A DNA stretch of 63,974 nucleotides, filler included, from Globobulimina sp. (taxonomy: Eukaryota): NCBI GenBank assembly GCA_003354225.1. It is 34 parts of 34 records of this genome, joined end to end, with 100 filler letters (N's around TTAATTAATTAA, not from the genome) between each part and the next. Parts side by side here need not be neighbours in the genome. Positions count along the whole stretch, not along the records: positions 37,707 to 39,490 come from PIVH01011985.1; positions 39,591 to 41,374 come from PIVH01011986.1; positions 41,475 to 43,258 come from PIVH01011987.1; positions 43,359 to 45,142 come from PIVH01011988.1; positions 45,243 to 47,026 come from PIVH01011989.1; positions 47,127 to 48,910 come from PIVH01011990.1; positions 49,011 to 50,793 come from PIVH01011991.1; 27 more parts are not named here. One strand, given 5' to 3'. Of the stretch, positions 37,607-50,049 are shown in pieces. Position 1 is the stretch's first letter. Every line of letters begins with the position of its first letter. Under the pieces are notes generated by a model. It was given only the letters and a program-made list of their open reading frames with translations, made no database searches and was not told where the DNA came from. Both the position numbers and the translations under genes were made by a program.

Positions 37607-37913
37607 NNNNNNNNNNNNNNNNNNNNNNNNNNNNNNNNNNNNNNNNNNNNTTAATTAATTAANNNNNNNNNNNNNNNNNNNNNNNNNNNNNNNNNNNNNN
37701 NNNNNNCGGCTCATCATTAGTACCTTATAAATCATTTTCTGCGTTTTTTTTGCAGAAAATGATTTGTTAAGGTACTTATCCAGTTTATCTGGGCTAGGAT
37801 TGTTCTGAAAAGAGCGAGAGGGACGCCTAACAGTTGAGAATTTTCTCAAGCACACAAGCCGAGAGAATAAGGTCATACGTCTAAATAAAGAGCTCTCTAA
37901 AAAGATCTCTTAA

Positions 37914-38216
37914 CTATATTGAAAATTTCACATCTCCAATGCAAAGAGACGGGAATTTCCCTGAGAAACCTTGATGGGCAATATTTTCAACATATTTAAT
38001 GCTTTTCATAATGTCATACACATTGCCTGCGATCATTCCGTCTTTAATTCGGCCCACAATTTCACCGTTTTCAATATAAAGTCCAGGATTTAGTCCAACT
38101 GAAAAATCACCATTTGGAATATTACCGCTATGAGCGCCTAAATCACCAAGAAGAAGCACTCCACGTTTTGTATTTTTTATCATCTCATCTATTGAAGTAT
38201 CGCCGGGTAAAACCAT
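37914..38216 (-). CDS. Bacterial TldD/PmbA-family protein, C-terminal fragment
   Basis: LPGDTSIDEMIK...GAHSGNIPNGDFSVG...IENGEIVGRIKDGMIAGNVYD. Confidence 0.88.
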   Translation of the reverse strand: MVLPGDTSIDEMIKNTKRGVLLLGDLGAHSGNIPNGDFSVGLNPGLYIENGEIVGRIKDGMIAGNVYDIMKSIKYVENIAHQGFSGKFPSLCIGDVKFSI

Positions 38217-39490
38217 TTGATTCTCGCTGTGTAAAGTCCAAACATATCTTTCATGGAGAAGGAGGCGAAAATCTAGAGGAGTGGATTACGCAAGGAAGGA
38301 TATTTTGTACTTTACAAGGCGATGTGAATTATTTCACAGAAAACTTGTATTGTTTTTTGGGTGAAATACCTATGACATTATATCATCAATTATATGATGC
38401 TAACGAAGGGGAAGAAGTTGACCCTGAAGTAATGTTGACAGCTATGCATGAATTTTGGGGAAATCGGTCAGCTAGTCATAATGCTCAAGTTGAGAATTAT
38501 GAAAATCTGGTTCAAGGGAAATTGACAATGGCAACTTTTGTCAATGTTTTCCAAATCCATTTCATTCGTGCACATCCGTTAACTCAACGCATGATTGACC
38601 GTGATGATAGAATGTGTAGAGATTTTCTGAAAAAAGTTAATCCAAATGAAAAACAAATTGTAGCCACATTTATGTCAAGTCAAGATGAGTTGAATTGGGA
38701 TCAAATGGCCAGACGTATTAGACGACATGCGGGGGTCATGGAACAGTCTAATAGTCGCGGCCGAGATAACGGATATGCCGATATGCGTGTCATGGCTGTC
38801 GAAGAGAGGACAGATTTTCATTCTCCTAGGGTACAAACATTAGCGGCTATACCCGCAAATGCGACGGCTACCGTAACCCAAGCCAACGCAGACAATCAAT
38901 TTAATTTGGTTTGGCGGTACATTCAACAATCAGTACGTAGTAACAATCCAGTTACGGTACAAGATTTAGTAAACCGAATTAAAGAGATGTCGCGTATGGA
39001 TATCTACCGTATTGTCATGGCATGCACGGATGGTAGTCTCGGTCAAACTGTTGTACGTACGGGACTGGATGCAATGCCACATTTCGCTGACATTTTTACA
39101 CCACCTATTGTGGAGGCTGAGCGGCACCGGGTTAGTCAACGGGAATCGGGGGCTACAGTAACCCAAACGGCTGCGCAAAATTTTGCAAATTCGGACTATC
39201 AACAAAGACGTTTTGATGGGAATAATCGGGGACAATCAAATGGGAGGGGACAAAATTTTGGTAGGGGTAGAGGGGGCTTTGGAAATCGGGGAGGTTTTCG
39301 CGGCCGAGGGGGCGGAAATCGTAATTTCAGTTGCTATCGTTGTGGTGAACCGGGACATCGACAATACGATTGCTAATTGAATGCAATGGATGGACCCCCA
39401 CGGCCTGAGGGAGCTCCACCCCCATACGCTAATCCACCCCCAGGAACCGTGGCGCCACCAGTACAGGTTTTGCCCATACAAGCCGACCCA
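38217..39490 (+). mobile_element. Retrotransposon Gag-like ORF with RGG tract and CCHC zinc knuckle
   Basis: FHGEGGENLEEWI; RGGFGNRGGFRGRGGG; CYRCGEPGHRQYDC; the frame stays open after TAA 39374-39376. Confidence 0.75.
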
Positions 39491-39590
39491 NNNNNNNNNN
39501 NNNNNNNNNNNNNNNNNNNNNNNNNNNNNNNNNNTTAATTAATTAANNNNNNNNNNNNNNNNNNNNNNNNNNNNNNNNNNNNNNNNNNNN

Positions 39591-40028
39591 GTCAGAATCA
39601 GAGCCTTCCAGCAAATGGTCAATGCCAATGCCTTTGTAATCAGTTAATGTGTGTTTGGGTTTCAAGTCCGGTGTATTTAAATTGTATTCGATCATTGTTT
39701 CTTGCTCCACATGCTTAGAGGGTGGCTTTTTGTTATTGCAATTGTCTATTTGTTGTAAGGATGGTTCTTTGTTATGTCCTACGAGTAAGGGGTTAGAGTT
39801 ATCGTTGTTTTGTTGTAAATTCTGTGGCATTGCTAAACCTAGGCCTTGTGGCGTTTGTTTCGATTGGAATTTCCTTTTTTGTTCGTTAAATTGTTGCCGG
39901 GCTAACTTAAATTCATCGGATAATAGCCATTCTAATGCATAATCTTTGTTGTGGTTGGTCAACTCTAGTGCTTGGTTCACCCAATAGCGCTCAAAGCCCA
40001 AATCGCAAAGTTCATCCACCGAAGACAT
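39591..40028 (-). CDS. N-terminal UBA-domain protein, 3' truncated
   Basis: MSSVDELCDLGFERYWVNQALELTNHNKDYALEWLL. Confidence 0.8.
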
Positions 40029-40098
40029 TACTAAGTAAGTGAGGGTTACTTTACTTGCACTAAAAACATAAATATCATCAGCAACACTTTGCGACATT

Positions 40099-41374
40099 AT
40101 GTTGCTCATGATTGCAATTGCAACCATCATTTGTTTATCACTGCCGACATTAGCTTACAATCACAGTTCGCCATTGAACTGTACTGTTGATACAGCACTG
40201 CTAGACAACATTCTATCCGATATTGAAGCGTTAGGATATCAAATACAGAAAGCATTTGTTTTGAATCAACCAGATGGTGATGGTTATGCTAGCTATGTAA
40301 GATCACTTGACAATAACTCATTGCCATACATTTATAAAATGGGTGCATCCACAGCAGTATTATTCCACGGTTGCACGCCTCCACAGTCCAGATATTTTGG
40401 ATATAGTTCTACATTGTACATGGATAATAACATCTGGGTCTGGTCTGATTTAGGTGATGTGTTAAACCACCGCGTGATCCGCACCTACCAAGACTCCCCA
40501 GACGCCCCCTTTGACGATCTAACCACCATCGTAACCACTGCAGATCTGCAGACATACACTGATATCATTGGCGTATATGACAATTACACCGACGCTGTCA
40601 TCAATTTTGATCCCATTCCTTTTGATTTAGTATCAAAAATGGGGACTTCGGACGATGCCTCCTCATTTCATACATTTTTACGTGTTTCCATACCAATCAA
40701 TAACACGAAAGTACAATATTACTTTGACAATATAAATAGTCCGCGAATAACTAATTTATATTTTATCAGCAAAGGGGACGAAACAAATCAGTCATTGCCC
40801 GCTGAACCCGTACTAAAACGTGCAAAACGGAATAGAACCTGTTCTAACTCCTCATTTCCAGACAGCGGCAATGAGTATGCATTGGAATCAATGTACAATC
40901 AACTGATCAATGCCACTGTATTAGAAATGGAACATTCGTATCATTTTATCAACCGAAGCATAAAGATCTATGGTACAGAATATGATGGATATCAATGCAT
41001 TGCAAATCAGCAATTGTGTGCTGCAAAGAGTCCAGATGCGCTTTACTATGAAGATTATAACAATCAATCGGCATTCATAAAAGGTAGTGTACTCTACAAT
41101 ATGTAAATGTTTTTGCAACAGATTTTCTGTTATATATATATTATGACGCAAGGAAAAAATGGCTCTGCAAATGGATTGAATTACAATGTGACTGGATATT
41201 TATTGAGCGATGATAATTCATTTATGATTATTGGTATCAACCATTATAACTTAGGTTTATCAGCATTTAATGAGGAAAGCATTTATAATGAGATGTTTTC
41301 AGCATTGCAAAATCCCCATGCTACGTTAAATAACTTTCAGTACGATAACTCTGCCAATTATTTGGAACGAATTG
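40099..41374 (+). CDS. Secreted protein of unknown function (one intron), 3' truncated
   Basis: Signal peptide; GCTPPQSRYFGYS motif; many NxT/S sites. Confidence 0.65.
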
Positions 41375-41474
41375 NNNNNNNNNNNNNNNNNNNNNNNNNN
41401 NNNNNNNNNNNNNNNNNNTTAATTAATTAANNNNNNNNNNNNNNNNNNNNNNNNNNNNNNNNNNNNNNNNNNNN

Positions 41475-41907
41475 AAAAATTAATGTATACAGATCGATTA
41501 CATTCGGATTTTAAATCAAAATATTTAGTATCCATTGCAAATTGTTTGATATTTATAAAATGTAATATATTATTTGATGGATATCGAGTTATAAAGGAAT
41601 GTATTTGATTATAAAATGGATGATATTAAAAGGAATTATATGTAAAATGTCATTTATAAATTATTAATTCAAATGGCGCCATTTTTCATTGTTTAATACA
41701 CATAAAAATAAAAGTGATGCTCAGAGGATTGTTTTTGATGAATACAAATCAAAATATAATCTGATGCTCCGTCACAGGATTGTTTCTGATGAATTCAAAT
41801 AAGTTAAAAGTTTTTTTGTGTACTTTGACTAGTCTGATGATGGTTTATTCAAGAAATTCGGACATCTCGCGGGGGTTCAGAATGGGGGCTGCATAGCTCC
41901 CCTCGAT
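41475..41907 (+). repeat. Dispersed repeat copy B, probably intronic in the ceramidase gene
   Basis: Reverse complement of 25397-25886. Confidence 0.9.
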
Positions 41908-41953
41908 TTTATTTATTTTATTTATATTACACATTGTATATATTTTATATTAG

Positions 41954-42787
41954 GACATGTATACCATGCTAGAAATTTAGATTTTGGCTTATGGCCAGCA
42001 ATGAATTGGACTGACGTGCAATGGGAATTGACTACAGATTTACGAGCCATATTATTTAATGTGAATTTCACGAAAAACGGTGAATTATTGTATAGAAGCA
42101 CTGCCTTTGGCGGCTACATCGGCTTATTAACGGGTTTAAGGCGCGGTGCAATGTCCGTGTCTGTGAACTCACGCTATGATGATAATTATGATAAATATTT
42201 TATTGAATATTTACGGAACCCGACAGCATCCATGCAATGGTTGTCATTAACTACACGATTAGCAATGGAAAACTATAATAATTATGAGGACGCCATCGCA
42301 TTTATACAAAATGCATCAATTATAGGACCCTGCTATATTATTATTGGTGGTACGAAAGTGAATCAAGGTTCGGTACTATCGATTGGGCCAAATAGGACAT
42401 TATTTGATCAATGGTCGATACCAAATGCTCTGCCCGCAAATAATAGTGCTCAGCCACCCTTTTATGTTTTAGGTGTGACGCACTTTATAAATTATAATTA
42501 ATTATGCTGCTTTCATTAATTTTGCAATGTATTAAAACAAATATATAGAAACAAATTATGACCATTGGGAAGCTGCGCCATGGTTTGATGATAGGCGAGG
42601 ACCGGCTGAAATGTGTATGAATGGAATTGGAAGTAAAGGAATGGACTGGTATACATTATATAATGTATTAAACGCAGTTCCAAATAGAAATCGCCTCACT
42701 TCTTATACCACATTAATGGACAGCACGACTGGTGAGTTCGTTGCATATAAACAATATTGCACGGAAAAAAACTGTAGTCCGTGGTAA
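41954..42787 (+). CDS. Acid ceramidase/NAAA-family Ntn hydrolase, beta-chain exons
   Basis: HVYHARNLDFG, GYIGLLTGLRRGAMSVSVNSR, PCYIIIGG, ETNYDHW..FDDRR. Confidence 0.9.
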
Positions 42788-43358
42788 AAATGACATAGAC
42801 CCAATCCAAATAAGACTGGCATTTATTTCATTTATTTTACAATTATATATTGAATGGTTTTGAATAGAAACGAATGAATATGAATAGGAATGACTGGTAA
42901 TGGATGATAATGAATGGCATTCATATCCATTACCTGTTGGTTAGAATTTGTGAAACTTGATATTCATTGAATAAGCCCTTATGTATACAACCATTCAATG
43001 TTTGAATGGAACTGAATGATAAGCCGGCGTCATATGGCACCGTGGGATGGCTGCATTTGCATTTTTAATTGTTTTATCAGCTCCAGGATAAAATGGATTT
43101 ATGCCAAATGATAATTCAGATAATAATATTGGTATTAAGACTAGTGATATTTTAGCCATGTGTATGAGTTGAAAACTGCTTCTTTGAAAACAGTCATAAA
43201 CTAACTTCACTGTTTTTCATTTCAACACGCGTGCATCACTGCCTCCTTTCATCATTCTNNNNNNNNNNNNNNNNNNNNNNNNNNNNNNNNNNNNNNNNNN
43301 NNTTAATTAATTAANNNNNNNNNNNNNNNNNNNNNNNNNNNNNNNNNNNNNNNNNNNN

Positions 43359-43923
43359 AATTGAATTAATAATAGAATCAAATCATGTCCAATTTAAATA
43401 TGATAAAAAAGTAACAGTGGTTAATATTGATTTGAATAAACAAAGAGAGATATTATTAAAAGTTCATTCATATCGCGGTCATTATGGGGTCGATTGGAAA
43501 GCGGAAAATGTATTAAAGGCAGATAACAGTTATTATTCGAGTGCAAAAGGCAGAGTTAAAGATGATTGGATTATTTTTGAATGTATGAAACGAAATATAT
43601 ATTATTATCCCACCACAATTAAGTTAAAAGCATGGAATGGAAAGGCTTCTGTTCAAAGATTTGTTTTATATGTTGGCGATGTTAATGATAATGAATGGAT
43701 TGAATGTAATCGGGATGTATTTATTTCTGATAGATCGCGAGGTAAAGAATTACAGATATTTAACTTGGATATTGTTCAAAATAACAATATTAATAATGTC
43801 AATTTATGAATTGCTGAAAACAGATATACTTACTTTAAATTACGGTTATTGGATAATTACGGTCATAAACGTGATATGGGATTCTATCAATTGATTGTGT
43901 ATGGTGTTAGAATTACGAATTAA
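43359..43923 (+). CDS. Galactose-binding/discoidin-like domain, C-terminal fragment with in-frame TGA at 43807
   Basis: AENVL..YYSS..DWIIFE; after the TGA the same frame gives RYTYFKLRLLDNYG...FYQLIVYG. Confidence 0.6.
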
Positions 43924-44156
43924 CCGGATTTAAGTCGATGCAATATTTATTCACTCGAGACCTGCATGCAATTTATTGCGTAATACTTTCATTTATATAA
44001 ATTATATATCCGGAAATGCAGCTAAACTTTTTGTTTTCAAGAGCAGCGCCGTTTTTTCAGCCTCAGAAACATATTCAGATAATCATATTCAAAGTTATAA
44101 AAAAGAAAAACAGTAAAAAATGATACAGAAAATAACACATTTGAAGGATTTAATAT

Positions 44157-45056
44157 TCAAATACGACGACCTCTACCACGCCTTCTTGTATCTTTATCAC
44201 GACTTCGTTCTCTTCGACTGTTTTTACTACACTTTTCGCCATCGCGAGATTTACTTCTCCCACGTTGTGCTGGGTCACTGTCACAACGCCTTCTTGATCT
44301 ACCTTTTCTACCAGCACTTTTATCGCGAGATCGACTTCTACCATGGGTTCCTGGATCTTTAGGTGTATATCGAAAATGAATGGGATCAACCATTTTTGCA
44401 GAGTCAAACCCCACAAACATCCGTTTATTCCCTCTAACTTCATACCCATTCCCATACACCCGTTCCTTCTCGTTTTTGTTTTGATACATGAAAATTTCTG
44501 ACACAAACCTATTTTTAATTTCTGAAAGTTCAGCAGCTTTTCCAAATGTTTCATGCTCCAATATCATGGCATTAGGAAATGCAAATTCATTGAATATCAG
44601 TCCAAATTTTTTACTTCCAACAAACCAATCACATCTCAAGTTATGAGCACCTATATGACGAGCCATTAATTCAGACTTATCAACTATTTCATCAAATAAT
44701 TCTCCTGTCAATATCCCTTTATTTTGTATGCCTTTACACTTATCCTCATCATCGCTAATACATGTTTTGTCATACATAATTATAATTCCATCAAAGTCTT
44801 TATCATAAGTACACAATACGGCATAATAAACCTTTCCAAACAGAACGTATAACTTCAACTCGAACACTGGTGAATATTGTTCTTGGATAACCATAGCTCT
44901 ATCCCATCGGTCAGGTATTGGTGAACCACCCGTCAATTTTAATGATGTTGCCATGTCTAGTGAGTAGAAAAACCCGACAGGATTACCAGAAAATTCATTT
45001 TCAAGTTCTCTCATATATTGAGGGCTAATAAATTTAAGACCTTGTTGCTCTCGCAC
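44157..45056 (-). CDS. ATP-grasp-like (TupA-like) protein with an RS-rich tail
   Basis: MVIQEQY, ELKLYVLFGKV, LRCDWFV, FNEFAF; tail GRSRSRD... Confidence 0.55.
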   Translation of the reverse strand: MREQQGLKFISPQYMRELENEFSGNPVGFFYSLDMATSLKLTGGSPIPDRWDRAMVIQEQYSPVFELKLYVLFGKVYYAVLCTYDKDFDGIIIMYDKTCISDDEDKCKGIQNKGILTGELFDEIVDKSELMARHIGAHNLRCDWFVGSKKFGLIFNEFAFPNAMILEHETFGKAAELSEIKNRFVSEIFMYQNKNEKERVYGNGYEVRGNKRMFVGFDSAKMVDPIHFRYTPKDPGTHGRSRSRDKSAGRKGRSRRRCDSDPAQRGRSKSRDGEKCSKNSRRERSRDKDTRRRGRGRRI

Positions 45057-45303
45057 ATCAAAGATTTACCTTTGACAGATCTCGCATATCCGTAAAGATT
45101 ACCAAATAATCACACTTAATGCAATAAATTAATTATTTTCTANNNNNNNNNNNNNNNNNNNNNNNNNNNNNNNNNNNNNNNNNNNNTTAATTAATTAANN
45201 NNNNNNNNNNNNNNNNNNNNNNNNNNNNNNNNNNNNNNNNNNAGCATAAATTGCAGCAGCTAGAGCAAGCACAAAAGCCAGTTAAGGAGTATTAAAAATG
45301 GAA

Positions 45304-47026
45304 TCAATCGAACAAAGCAGTTGTATTAAGTCCGTCCAAAGTATACCAATCAGTATTTTTCCCATTCACCGTATCCTCCCATTTCCATTTCAAAAAACAT
45401 TGGTTCCCATTATACAAACTATACTCAAATCCCTTCCAATGGCAAATGGTTCGCGTCAATGTACTCATCCATGTTCCCGCTAAAAAGTCCGCATAATACA
45501 ACGCCCACATATCATAAAGTATTTCTTCTTTCATTCTCAATGTACTCTGTGTCGAACAATGGCCATATCGCATACATTTCGTACGATGATATTTATAGCA
45601 TTTCTCGGAATGTGACCAAAAATGTGATGAATGCTCCTCTTTTTTATTGCCATTTGGTTGCTCAATGCCTCCGTATGTTTTCATCTCATTAATAACAAAC
45701 TGTTCCTGGTGGTCATGTGCAATGAAAAACGTCTCATTATTTGTGATAACTTCCTGTTTGTGAAACGTTAAAATATTTTGTAAGTCGCGGAAGTCCATGG
45801 CACAAGAATGGTGATATATAGCTATTATTTTCTCATACGTCTCCTCATCGCTCCCTGTAACTTTTTTAATTGCATTCCTTAACCACGCAAATCGCGAATC
45901 GCCATGAATTCCTCTCGTCTCCCATCGACAGACATGGATTTCTCCAGTTTTTGGATCCTTCCCACCTTCACTCATAGCTCTGCGATGCACTCCAACCCTA
46001 TACCTGGAAAATAAAAACAAAGTCATGTTGAAATGTTAAAACATTCATCAAAAAAACTTTAGCTTCGAACATTTAACCATGTCGCCAACATGTAACACAC
46101 CTCAATTCACCAAACTTGTCTTTTAAAAAGTCCTCCACTGCATTACGTATATACTTTGCAAGTTGCACAGTCAAAACATGCACATTCCAACAATCAGTTT
46201 TTTATTTAATATTGTTGGAATGTGCATGTTTTAGCGTACTTTTGCAGGGATTATATATTTCATCACATCCTTTGGTCCCTCTCGAAAATGGAATATTCCC
46301 ATATCTCCTTCATACAAATATATCATTTCGCATTCCATATTTAACTTATCCGGAATACCCATTCCAACCAACTTTATAAACCTACATTCCTTCGGCATCG
46401 AGTCTTTATCTCTGTAATTTTGCAAGCTTTGCGGCAACTCATCTTCCATAACAATATCAATGACCTCTCTCAATCTGTCAAAGTCCCAGAAACCGCATTC
46501 AAAGCCCATCACATGATTCCGATGCCGCGGCCATGGAATTACCAATGTACGGTTATAGTACATTGCATATTGGATCATTGCTTCAAAGGAAACCATCTGA
46601 TTATTGACACGACCAACATTCTGAGCGTATGATATATATTTTCTGTGCTGCTTTATTTCCACTTTCGTAGAATCGATATCTGTTTGGTCTGCGTAGTATA
46701 TATCATTAATACCAAAACAAAAAAGTATTAATGTCATTATTTTCCACTTACTTTCTATATGAGGTTGGGTGTTGGCATATTTTTTCTTCGAATCTTCATC
46801 CATATTCTTCCAAAGTAAGCCTTTGCCTCCATGGCCAAGCGATAATTGTGTGTTTGGGTCATGTTTCATGTAAAAGTCCCACCCCTTTTTTTCCTGCATT
46901 GGCCATGCCTGCGGTGAGTAAAATTGATATCCACCATTTTCATTGAATGCGTAACCAATGCATTGATCGCGTAATGAATCGCAGTATAATTGCAACAAAT
47001 TATGCTCGTGTCTGGATTCGAATTTT
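45304..47026 (-). CDS. O-fucosyltransferase-family glycosyltransferase (introns), 5' truncated
   Basis: GRVNNQMVSFEAMIQYAMYYNRTLVIP, VGVHRR, FFIAHD, DMWALYYADFLAGTWMSTLT. Confidence 0.8.
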
Positions 47027-47876
47027 NNNNNNNNNNNNNNNNNNNNNNNNNNNNNNNNNNNNNNNNNNNNTTAATTAATTAANNNNNNNNNNNNNNNNNN
47101 NNNNNNNNNNNNNNNNNNNNNNNNNNTTTAATGTCGGGTATTTAATGTTGACATGAAAAAAGCTTTGTGGATTTATTTTTTTTGCTCCACACTACTGTTT
47201 CACAAGTAAGAAAACTCCACAATTCTGTTCCGCAAAAAATGTGCCTGATATTTATTTCACTATATTTTATTTATAATATCATTATTCAATATTTCACAAT
47301 TTCTTTTGTCACCGAATGATTTACTCATTCAGCCGTATCACAAAAATCTAAAAATCTAATCCTCCAACCTTCGCTACAGGTACTTCTAGTATATATATAT
47401 ATATATATAGGTACTGCACAAACTAGACAAACTACGCAGCTTTAATGTATTCTACACAAACTAAGCATATACAAGTTACACCACGAAGTATGTTCATCGG
47501 TGTATAACAACATATGTTCATCGGTGTTTTTCATCCGTTACGACTGGGTTATGGGGCCGTTATGCAAATATAAGAATGCTGACATTGCCAATCCTAGATG
47601 TTATGCAAATATTCCATTTAATACATCAGAAATTGAAGAAATTGACTCGGTCATTGCAACATTTGGATTACAGATATTGGATAGATATAAATATGTTTTT
47701 CAAGATAAAAAGGTTTGCAAAAATCAAAAGCAACAACACAAACTATATTTTACCAGAAACATTGTAGCATCATGTAAACACAATCCGATTTTACAAAGCT
47801 AATGGTAAATTTACATATCAATGGACATTGATTGTAAAAAAAATCTATTTACAAAAGCCTTTTCTATTGTATTTGT

Positions 47877-48405
47877 AAAAAAAAAAAAGCTTTTTCGAAT
47901 GTTATCAATTTGAGTAAATATAGAAACGAATTAAATATGAACTACCTACACTTGATATAATTGCAAAAAAAAAAAAAAGCCTTTTCGAATAGTATCAATT
48001 TGAGTAAATATAGAAACGAATTAAATATGAACTAAGTTGCCTACACAGGCTACACTTGATATAATGTTGTTGGAGTAAATATAGTTGCTTAGTTGCCTAC
48101 ACTTGCTATAATTCGAATGTAACAGATGTCTGCTTTTGAAACGGACAACAGATATAGAAGATCTGAGCCAGTATATCAGTATAGACTATAGTACCATATA
48201 TCAGTATAATCAACTAAACAACTAAGCAACTACGTCAATCTGCTTAGTGTGCTTAGTTTGAGTAGTACCTAGGCATATATCAGTATAGACTATAGTACCA
48301 TATATCAGAATATACTACAGTACCATATATCACTATAGGCAACTAAGCAACTAGGCATATATACGTCATATATATAGTATAGGATAGTACTAGGCAACTA
48401 AGCAA
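47877..48405. repeat. Complex repeat region: direct duplication of about 90 bp, 18-bp inverted repeat, AGTTGCCTA motifs
   Basis: 47877-47964 matches 47967-48065; TAGTTGCTTAGTTGCCTA 48082-48099 is inverted at 48336-48353; ATATCAGTATAGACTATAGTACCATATATCAG occurs twice. Confidence 0.8.
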
Positions 48406-48457
48406 TAGCGAGAATGTTGCATCTACCGAAACATCTGTTGTTGAGCATTCGTGCAAT

Positions 48458-48910
48458 GTGGAAAAGGTTTTAAGTGAACTGAAAAAACATTCTTCAGAAC
48501 ATAATCAACATATGGCTGCAATCCTCGTCATTCAGAAGAATGTTATGCAAACCCTCTGCCAAGTATTTTCTTCCGTATTCCTGGTAATATATGTTGTAAT
48601 TGCAACATATCATTTTGTGATGACCAAGAAAAGCAACTATTTCACGTGCAAACGTTCTCATCAATCCGTCTATCTATCCTTCGTATTACTATTGTTTGGA
48701 TTTGGAGTGATGATAGGTCTTATTTTCTATGCGTTCGATCCGTTTTCGACAGTTTTATCTTGTAAGATATCGCAATTCAGCGGAATGACATCCTATGTTG
48801 CGTTCAAAGTGGTATTATATTTAATCTTAATACGTAGATTGAGAGATTGTTTTAGTGGAACCGGATTTGAATATAACAACACAAAATTGACGATTTGGAC
48901 CGGATTGATT
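48458..48910 (+). CDS. Multi-TM (GPCR-like) protein, N-terminal fragment
   Basis: Three TM helices, Cys before TM3, LYLILIRRL..F. Confidence 0.5.
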
Positions 48911-49010
48911 NNNNNNNNNNNNNNNNNNNNNNNNNNNNNNNNNNNNNNNNNNNNTTAATTAATTAANNNNNNNNNNNNNNNNNNNNNNNNNNNNNNNNNN
49001 NNNNNNNNNN

Positions 49011-49940
49011 GCACTAATATGTATAGGAGCGGTCGGCACTGCAAAGGGTATAAGAAAGGCCACATTAATGGGCACAACCTCTATCAATAAGAGCAAACAT
49101 TATTTAATGACCAAACTAACGCCAAATGAAGCAACAACGTCAATTAGTCCCCGAGTACAGAATGGTTTGTCCAAGGCACAAATCGGTGGCACAGCGTTAG
49201 TAAAGGTATCCGGCGCAGTATTGACGGGGGCCATAGCTGCAGCAAATGCGTTAAGTAATGAAGTGACCGAAGCAGTCTCCAACACCGAAATTGGTCGTCG
49301 AGTGTCGTCAGAGTCCGGCGCAAAATGTTTGGCAGCAAAAGAAATTGTAAAATCAAGCGTTGCCGGCGTCTACACAGTTTATGATGAATTGGTATCGTCG
49401 GGACTTCATTTAGTACAAGAATCGAGTCATGCGACTGCCCAGGTATTAGGGCATAAGTATGGTGATGAGGTACATCGAGCAGCTGAAAGCGCCGCAGATA
49501 TTGTTGATTGTGCTGCGAATACAGTGGTTAATGTCAATATGTTGGGCTATAAAGCTTTGGCCAAACGCATTGCTGCCAATTCAACTGTGGATGTGTTAAG
49601 TGAAGAAAGTGAAAGAAAAGAGAATCAGTTGAATCGAATTGGGATAAACCCAATGTATGCTGTGCAAGGATTGATGATTGCAAATAATGTAAACAATGAA
49701 TTGGAACAAAATAAGCAAGAAAATAGAAAACGAAGACAAGAATATGTTGGGATTCAAGCGGTGGGTGAAGATGAGCATAATTATAGAATGATACATGATA
49801 AGTCAGTTCCGAATATGGCGTCAAATGTTATGATGGCGGACAATAATAATATGGAAATAGATAATAACAAAAAAAACAATGCAAATTCGAATAATAACGT
49901 ATCGATATTTGAGGATGATGATATATTCGATGTTGATTAA
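49011..49940 (+). CDS. Spartin/senescence-domain protein, C-terminal part
   Basis: Ala/Ser/Val-rich helices and ATAQVLGHKYGDEVHRAA. Confidence 0.8.
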   Translation, partial: ALICIGAVGTAKGIRKATLMGTTSINKSKHYLMTKLTPNEATTSISPRVQNGLSKAQIGGTALVKVSGAVLTGAIAAANALSNEVTEAVSNTEIGRRVSSESGAKCLAAKEIVKSSVAGVYTVYDELVSSGLHLVQESSHATAQVLGHKYGDEVHRAAESAADIVDCAANTVVNVNMLGYKALAKRIAANSTVDVLSEESERKENQLNRIGINPMYAVQGLMIANNVNNELEQNKQENRKRRQEYVGIQAVGEDEHNYRMIHDKSVPNMASNVMMADNNNMEIDNNKKNNANSNNNVSIFEDDDIFDVD

Positions 49941-50049
49941 TTTTTGTTGCATTAAATAATGCAAATCAAATATTTTTTTTTGAGTTGTTTTTAATTAATA
50001 TTGTGTTTTGAAGCGAAACGCGAGCTTAGTACTAGTTAACATCAATAAC

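Noticed and set aside
41831..41866. Hammerhead-like CTGATGA...GAAA in the dispersed repeat
   Set aside because: No convincing stem II or III, and CTGATGA is not conserved in the other copy
42790..43258. Possible GH32-like secreted gene remnant on the minus strand
   Set aside because: A signal peptide and PAYH..P motif are present, but there is no intact NDPNG and the frames are broken; too degenerate to call
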